Both the position numbers and the translations under genes were made by a program. A stretch of 64,000 nucleotides of DNA from an uncultured Candidatus Rokubacteria bacterium (GTDB lineage: Bacteria > JAUVQV01 > DATDCY01): positions 219,772-283,771 of the forward strand of contig CAVOVE010000001.1 in assembly GCA_963699775.1 (NCBI GenBank), in the 5' to 3' direction. A model generated the notes under the pieces. The model saw only the letters and a list, made by a program, of their open reading frames with translations. It ran no database searches and had not been told where the DNA came from. Shown in pieces: positions 58,637 to 64,000 of this stretch. Every line of letters starts with the position of its first letter. The first letter of the stretch is position 1.

Positions 58637-58664
58637 GGGAGGGGTTCAGCCCCTCCCGTTTTGA
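58636..58664 (+). terminator. Rho-independent terminator candidate (ggggaggggttcagcccctccc + gttttg)
   Basis: 8-bp GC stem of the same REP-like family as 57814-57890, followed by a T-run, directly after the stop codon. Confidence 0.55.
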
Positions 58665-58780
58665 AACGTCCCCGCCGGCGCCGGCCTCAACGGGCCGCGC
58701 CGGGTTTTTTCGTTGAAGATCATGCGGTTGTGTGTTATAAGACAAAATTCGACCGACACATTGGCAAAGGGAGGACGATA

Positions 58781-59949
58781 ATGGAATCGAAGGACTACCT
58801 GTTCACTTCGGAGTCGGTGACCGAGGGGCACCCGGACAAGATCGCCGACCAGATCTCCGACGCCGTCCTCGACGCGATCCTCGCCGAGGACCCCTACGGC
58901 CGCGTGGCCTGCGAGACGATCGTCACGACCGGCCTCGCGTTCGTCGCCGGCGAGATCACGACCAAGGTCTACGCCGACATCCCGAAGATCGTCCGCGAGA
59001 CGATCAAGGAGATCGGCTACACGGACGCCGCCTACGGCTTCGACTACGAGACCTGCGGCGTGCTCACCGCGATCCAGGGGCAGTCGCCCGACATCGCGAT
59101 GGGGGTCGACGAGATGAAGGACCACGAGCAGGGCGCCGGCGACCAGGGGATCATGTTCGGCTACGCCTCGAACGAGACGCCCGAGCTGATGCCGATGCCG
59201 ATCCTGCTCGCGCACAAGCTCGCGAAGCGGCTCTCCGACTGCCGCCGCGCCGACCTGATCCGCTACCTGCGCCCCGACGGCAAGACCCAGGTCACCGTCG
59301 AGTACGCGAACGACAAGCCGGTGCGCGTCGACACCGTCGTCATCTCCACGCAGCACGACCCGGACGTGACCCTGAAGAAGATCCGCGAGGACCTCATCGA
59401 GCACGTGATCAAGCCGGTGATCCCGCGCGAGCTGCTGGACGAGGAGCGGATCACCTACCACGTGAACCCCACCGGGCGCTTCGTGATCGGCGGGCCGCAC
59501 GGCGACACCGGCCTCACCGGCCGCAAGATCATCGTCGACACCTACGGCGGCTGCGGCAGCCACGGCGGCGGCTGCTTCTCGGGCAAGGACCCGAGCAAGG
59601 TCGACCGCTCGGCCTCCTACATGGGCCGCTACATCGCCAAGAACATCGTGGCCGCCGGCCTCTGCGACAAGGTCGAGGTCCAGCTCGCCTACGCCATCGG
59701 CGTCGCCGACCCGATCTCGGTCTTCGTCGACACCTTCGGCACCGAGAAGATCGACCTCGGCGAAGATCCGCGAGCTGATCCGCGAGGTCTTCCCGCTCAA
59801 GCCGAAGGGGATCATCAAGCACCTCGACCTGCTGCGGCCGATCTACAAGAAGACCGCCGCCTTCGGGCACTTCGGGCGCCAGGAGCCGGAGTTCACCTGG
59901 GAGTTCACCGACAAGGCCGCGGAGCTGAAGAAGGCCGCCGGGCTGTAGC
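58781..59949 (+). CDS. metK: S-adenosylmethionine synthetase; one frameshift near 59760
   Basis: [22 protein letters not shown]..., GAGDQG, DTYGG. C-terminal [39 protein letters not shown] in the adjacent frame. AAAGGGAGG ribosome-binding site. Confidence 0.9.
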
Positions 59950-60027
59950 ATCGGACGCAGCGGCGGGTCCCGTGCAGATCGCGGGGTCCTGTCGCTGCGG
60001 ACCTCCATCGCCTCGCTCCGCTGCGGC

Positions 60028-61650
60028 GATGGAGACCTCCCTCCGCGCCACCCCGCCGCAGTTCCGGACCGGTGAGGCGACCGTCGTGAACGGCGCGCCG
60101 CTGGTCCCTCTCCCGCGTCTCGTTCTCCTACCCGCTCCCCGGCGGCGGCAGCCGCCCCGCGCTGCGCGACGTCTCGCTCGAGATCCGCCCGGGGAGTCCG
60201 CTCGTCGTCCTCGGCGCGAGCGGCGCCGGCAAGAGCACCCTCGCGGCGCTGCTCGCCGGCGTGGCGGCGCCGACGGAGGGGACGGTCGTCCGCGCGCCCC
60301 CGGCGGCCGACGACGCGCGCCCGGTGCTCCCCGCCGGTCTCGTCACCCAGAACCCCGAGGACTGCTTCTCCTCGCCCATCGTGCTCGAGGAGATGGGGGT
60401 GGTGCTGGAGAACCTCGAGCGCGATCCCGAGGAGATCGACCGCGCGGTCGACGGGATGCTCGCCGAGATCGGTCTGGCCGGCCACGCCCGGTCGCACCCG
60501 GGGCAGCTCTCCGGCGGGCAGAAGCAGCTGCTGGCGATCGCCTCGGTGCTCGATCGCCGAGCCGCCGCTGCTCGTGCTCGACGAGCCGCTCACGCTGCTG
60601 GACGGGCCGGGGCGGGCGGAGGTCGAGAAGCTCCTCGCGCGCTCGCGGGCGGCCGGGAGCGCCACGGTCTTTTTCACGAGCGAGGTCGAGGAGGCCGCGC
60701 GCGGCGAGCGCGTGCTGGTCCTGCACCGCGGCTCGGTCGTCTGGGAGGGCGCGCCGCGGCGATCTGCCGCTGGACGAAGCGTCACTCTCGAATCCTGGGG
60801 CCTCCTCCCGCCGGAGCCCGCTGCTGCCGCTGGACCCGGAGCTCGACGACGCGGCGAGGACAGCCGCGGTGGCGCGAGCGGGGGTCCCGGCGGCGCGGCC
60901 GCTGCGACTCCATGACCTCGCGGACCTGCACTTCTCCTACGCCCCCGGCACCCCTGCGGAGCGCCCCGTCCTGCGCGGCGTCGACCTCGCGGCGCGTCCC
61001 GGCGAGATTCTCGGCATCATCGGCGCCATCGGCTCCGGCAAGACCACGCTCATCCAGCACCTGAACGGCCTGCTTCTGCCGCAGCGGGGCAGGGTGCGCG
61101 TCGGCGGGCGCACGCTCGAGCCGGGCATGAAGCTCCCCCGGCTGCTCTCGGGAGAGGTGGGCCTCGTCTTCCAGTTTCCGGAAAAGCAGCTCTTCGCGGA
61201 AACCGTCACGGAGGACGTGGCGGCCGGACTGGAATTCGCGGAGGTCGACGAAGCGTCGATCCCCGCCCGCGTGCGCGCCGCGCTCGAGCGCGTCGGTCTC
61301 GACCCCGACGACTACGGTCAGCGCCCGCCCTTCGCCCTCACCTGGGGCGAGAAGAGGCTGGTGGCGATCGCGGGCGTCCTGGTGCTCGACACCCCCTGCC
61401 TGGCCTTCGACGAGCCGGGCGCCGGCCTCGACCCGGTCGGCCGCCGCCGCATCGGCTCGCTGCTCGGCGATCTGGCGCACCGGGAGGGGAGGACGGTCGT
61501 CGTCGTTTCGCACCACCTCGCCGACCTCTTCAGGATGGCGGACCGGGTGGCCGTGCTGCACGAGGGGCGGATCGCCTTCTGCGGCTCGCCGGCGGACCTC
61601 GCCCGCTCCGGCGATCTCGAGCGGTGGGGCTTCTCTAGCGGGCTGCTGAG
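60028..61650 (+). CDS. ecfA: ECF-type (CbiO-like) ABC transporter ATPase with two fused ATP-binding domains, second signature motif degenerate; about 2 frameshifts, 3' end approximate
   Basis: Domain 1: [29 protein letters not shown]. Domain 2: [11 protein letters not shown]-loop [23 protein letters not shown] (instead of LSGGQ), [11 protein letters not shown]. Confidence 0.7.
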
Positions 61651-61682
61651 AACTCCAGATAGGCAGACCTTTTTCAGCAGCC
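61641..61682. terminator. Hairpin between convergent genes (possible bidirectional terminator)
   Basis: ggctgctga...(21-nt loop)...tttttcagcagcc, with T-run and A-run flanks. Confidence 0.35.
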
Positions 61683-61686
61683 TGCG

Positions 61687-62280
61687 CTACTCCCCGAACA
61701 CCTCCGCCTCGAAGCTGAGGATCTTCGCGCCCTCCTGCCAGGCGTTCTTCGGGAGGCCGGCCTTGCGGCAGGTCTGCTCGAGGAACGTCGTGCGGTCCCA
61801 GCCGTACTCGGTGGCCACCTGCGGCAGCAGCACGCCGGAGTTGAAGCCCCGGGTGATGTAGAGGCCGTGCCGGCCGACCTCGATCTCGCGCACGTCCGCG
61901 ACGGGCTGCATCGGCGTCAGCGCCGAGATCTCCACGTGGATCTTCGGCAGCTCGGCGGCGCGTCAGCGGCGGGAAGCGCGGGTCCTCGCGCGCCGCGGCC
62001 ACCGCCATCTGCGCGACGGTGCGGTAGAGCGGCGTGTCCTCGCGGAACGTCCCGATGCAGCCGCGCAGCTGGCCCCCGATGGTGATCGTGACGAACGCCC
62101 CCTGCGGCGTCTGCAGCGCCGGGTTCGCGGACTTCGCGCTCCGTGCGCTGGCTGCCGCGCACGGTCTCCGCGATGGCCCGCCGCGCGATGCCGAGCAGTT
62201 CGGCGCGCGCCGCGCCGTCGAGGCGGCCGGTCGCCGCGGCCGTACCCTCGGACCTGCGGCTCCTTGGCGGACTTCCCGGA
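61687..62280 (-). CDS. AMMECR1-domain protein (AmmeMemoRadiSam system protein A-like); frameshifts, 5' end approximate
   Basis: [17 protein letters not shown]..., C-terminus [49 protein letters not shown]. Confidence 0.65.
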
Positions 62281-62289
62281 TGCCTTTTT

Positions 62290-63238
62290 CTCCGCCGCCG
62301 CACCGTCCGCGCCAGAACGCCAGCGCCGCGTAGCCGACGACCTGGTCCTTCGGCCCCGCGGTGTCGCCGGAGTTCGCCTGCTTCAGCAGCACGCCCCGGT
62401 GCGCGCCCAGCCGCTTCGCGTACTCCATCGTGATCAGCACCGGCAGGATGCCGCAGGCCTCGCAGCGCTCGGCGCCGATGTCCCGGATCAGCGCGGCGGT
62501 GTCGAGCGCCGCGATCGACTTCACCGCGACCGCGTCGAGCTTGTTCGCCTCGGCGTAGCCGTGGTAGTGCGAGAGGTCGGAGCTGGCGACCACCAGCACG
62601 CGCTTGTGCTGCGCGTACGTCGGCGAGGACGTCGACCAGCGTCAGCTCGGCCTCGGGGTCGCGCCCGCCGGCGACCACCATCACGAGCTTGAAGCCCGTG
62701 AGCGCGCGCTGCAGGAAGGGGACCTGGACCTCGAGCGAGTGCTCGTCGCGGTGCGCCGTCGGGCGGTAGCCGATGTTCGGGTGGGCGCCGACGAGCCGCC
62801 CGATCAGCTCGCGGTCGCAGGGGATCTGGCCGAGCGGCGTGTCGAAGCGCGTCGTGTCGTACACCGACAGGCCGGTGAAGGCGTCGCGGTGGCTCGGGCC
62901 GATCACGACGACGGTGTCGTAGGCCCGCCCCTGCACGGCGCGGTAGGCGAAGACCGGCGATCGGCCCGGAGTAGACGTAGCCGGCGTGCGGGGAGACGAG
63001 CGCCAGCGGCGCCTCGTCGCGCGCCGGCGCGCGCCGCCGCGGCGATCATCGCGTCGATGCGCCGCGCAAGCTCCGCGGCGTCGCCCTTGAACTCCGCGAA
63101 CTGCAGGCTGATCCCGTTCATGGCGCTCGCTCCTTCCGCTCTGCCGGTCCCGGCCGGACCGCTCGGTTGTGCACCTGCCGCCGTCGCCACGAGAAGCGTC
63201 AGCGCGAACAGCGCCCCGGCGGCGGCCAGCCTTTCATT
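62290..63238 (-). CDS. MEMO1-family protein (AmmeMemoRadiSam system protein B-like) with apparent N-terminal signal peptide; frameshifts
   Basis: [42 protein letters not shown]-terminus [23 protein letters not shown] after restoring one base. Confidence 0.6.
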
Positions 63239-63377
63239 GGTCCCTTAAACCGCTTTCCCCCTTTGGCAAAGGGGGTGAGGGGGTTCGTCTGCAGTATGTT
63301 TCCGCAAAACTTGCCCCGATCTTCAATGCCGGATTCTTCACCGTATGAGTCAAGCGCATGGCCCTGGCTTCAAACCC

Positions 63378-64000
63378 CTAGCGGCTGAAGTGCCGCCGGA
63401 CCACATCCAGGTCCGGGTCCTCGAGCCCGCGCACGAAGGCGAGGCTCACGCCGGGGGCGGCGGCCCCGAGGGCGCGGTCGAACTCCTCGGCCGGGATCAG
63501 CGCGCGCGTCTCCCAGTCGAGCGACTGGACCTTGACGATGACCCGCGCGGGGTTCCCGACCGCGGCAGCCGCCTGACGGCTGAGCACCCCGACCGCCGCG
63601 ATGGCGTCCTCCGGGGTGTACGAGAGCTCGCGGCCGATCTGCCGGTGGTAGCTCATGAGCGAAAAATAGTCGAACGGGCGGCCTCGCGCCACCCCGAGGT
63701 CCTGCGCGTACCAGGCGAGCGCCATGCGCGGGTTGAGGACCGTCTCGTAGTACATGTTCAGCGCGAACCGCAGCCCGGGGCGCACCTCGCGCGCCGCCGC
63801 CATCAACTCCTGCGCCAGGTCGAGGAGCGCCCGGTTTTTCCAGGCGACCCAGGGCCAGAACGCCTCGCGGTAGAAACGCCGGCGAGAAGATCGCCGCCGC
63901 GCCGGCGCCGGGCGGCCGATCGAAGAGCAGCGCCGGCGAGACTGCCGTCCCGCTCTCCTCGAGGTAGGCCTCGATCGCCTCGGGGGAGAACCCCTCGCCG
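63378..64000 (-). CDS. PgaB C-terminal-domain-like (glycoside-hydrolase-like, GHL13) protein, 5' end outside window
   Basis: WVAWKNRALLDLAQELMAAAREVRP...NMYYETVLNPRMALAWYAQDL...FDYFSLMSYHRQ parallels the E. coli PgaB C-domain region (WLQFRSRALTDF...AWFAQNYADFLKSYDWTAIMAMPY, recalled from memory). Confidence 0.5.
   Translation of the reverse strand, partial: ARGSPPRRSRPTSRRAGRQSRRRCSSIGRPAPARRRSSRRRFYREAFWPWVAWKNRALLDLAQELMAAAREVRPGLRFALNMYYETVLNPRMALAWYAQDLGVARGRPFDYFSLMSYHRQIGRELSYTPEDAIAAVGVLSRQAAAAVGNPARVIVKVQSLDWETRALIPAEEFDRALGAAAPGVSLAFVRGLEDPDLDVVRRHFSR

Noticed and set aside
63257-63275. Palindrome ccccctttggcaaaggggg as a terminator between the PgaB-like gene and MEMO1
   Set aside because: A perfect 9-bp stem, but there is no U-run on either strand and it is a different sequence family from the other hairpins. 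Kept only as a possible structure, not called as a terminator.

Overview
This is a high-GC (about 70%) chromosomal segment from a Gram-negative bacterium, on the evidence of TamB/BamA/LolA, PilT and OmpA-type outer-membrane protein genes. It is mostly core housekeeping genes: secA (5' partial), a tamB–bamA–lolA outer-membrane biogenesis cluster, a REC-GAF-GGDEF diguanylate cyclase, pgpA–cinA–recA–pilT–recX, yebC–ruvC–ruvA–ruvB, queH, eno, polA, and a yceD–rpmF–plsX–fabH–[acyl-CoA dehydrogenase–etfB–etfA]–fabD–fabG–acpP–fabF–rnc–der fatty-acid/ribosome-assembly cluster, then metK, an ECF-type tandem ATPase and AMMECR1/MEMO1 genes. I found no rRNA, tRNA, CRISPR array, transposase or integrase. 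Three things stand out. First, about one ±1 frameshift per kb breaks many genes, including essential ones (secA, polA, eno, der, bamA); this looks like uncorrected read error, not biology. Second, a dispersed ~200-bp MITE-like element with terminal inverted repeats has two full copies, a short palindromic variant, a truncated module and a solo fragment, all lying just after stop codons. Third, a ~2.4-kb lower-GC island (37.6–40.0 kb) sits between polA and a K+ channel gene, flanked by inverted copies of that element, and contains a PhnB-like gene, a degenerate partial duplicate of the channel gene 3' end and nested palindromic repeats. Other items worth a look are a perfect 24-bp-stem palindrome inserted in-frame inside an HI0933-like flavoprotein gene, a small Cys-rich protein with a long poly-Asp/Glu tail next to an OmpA-family gene, an MshEN(c-di-GMP-binding)-HAMP-adenylate cyclase, an acyl-CoA dehydrogenase/EtfBA module embedded in the fab operon where no enoyl-ACP reductase is visible, and a DsrE-like plus NIR_SIR/4Fe-4S protein pair. 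Coordinates of frameshifted genes are the span from the first to the last fragment; positions read from the printed sequence may be off by ±1–2 nt relative to the ORF track.
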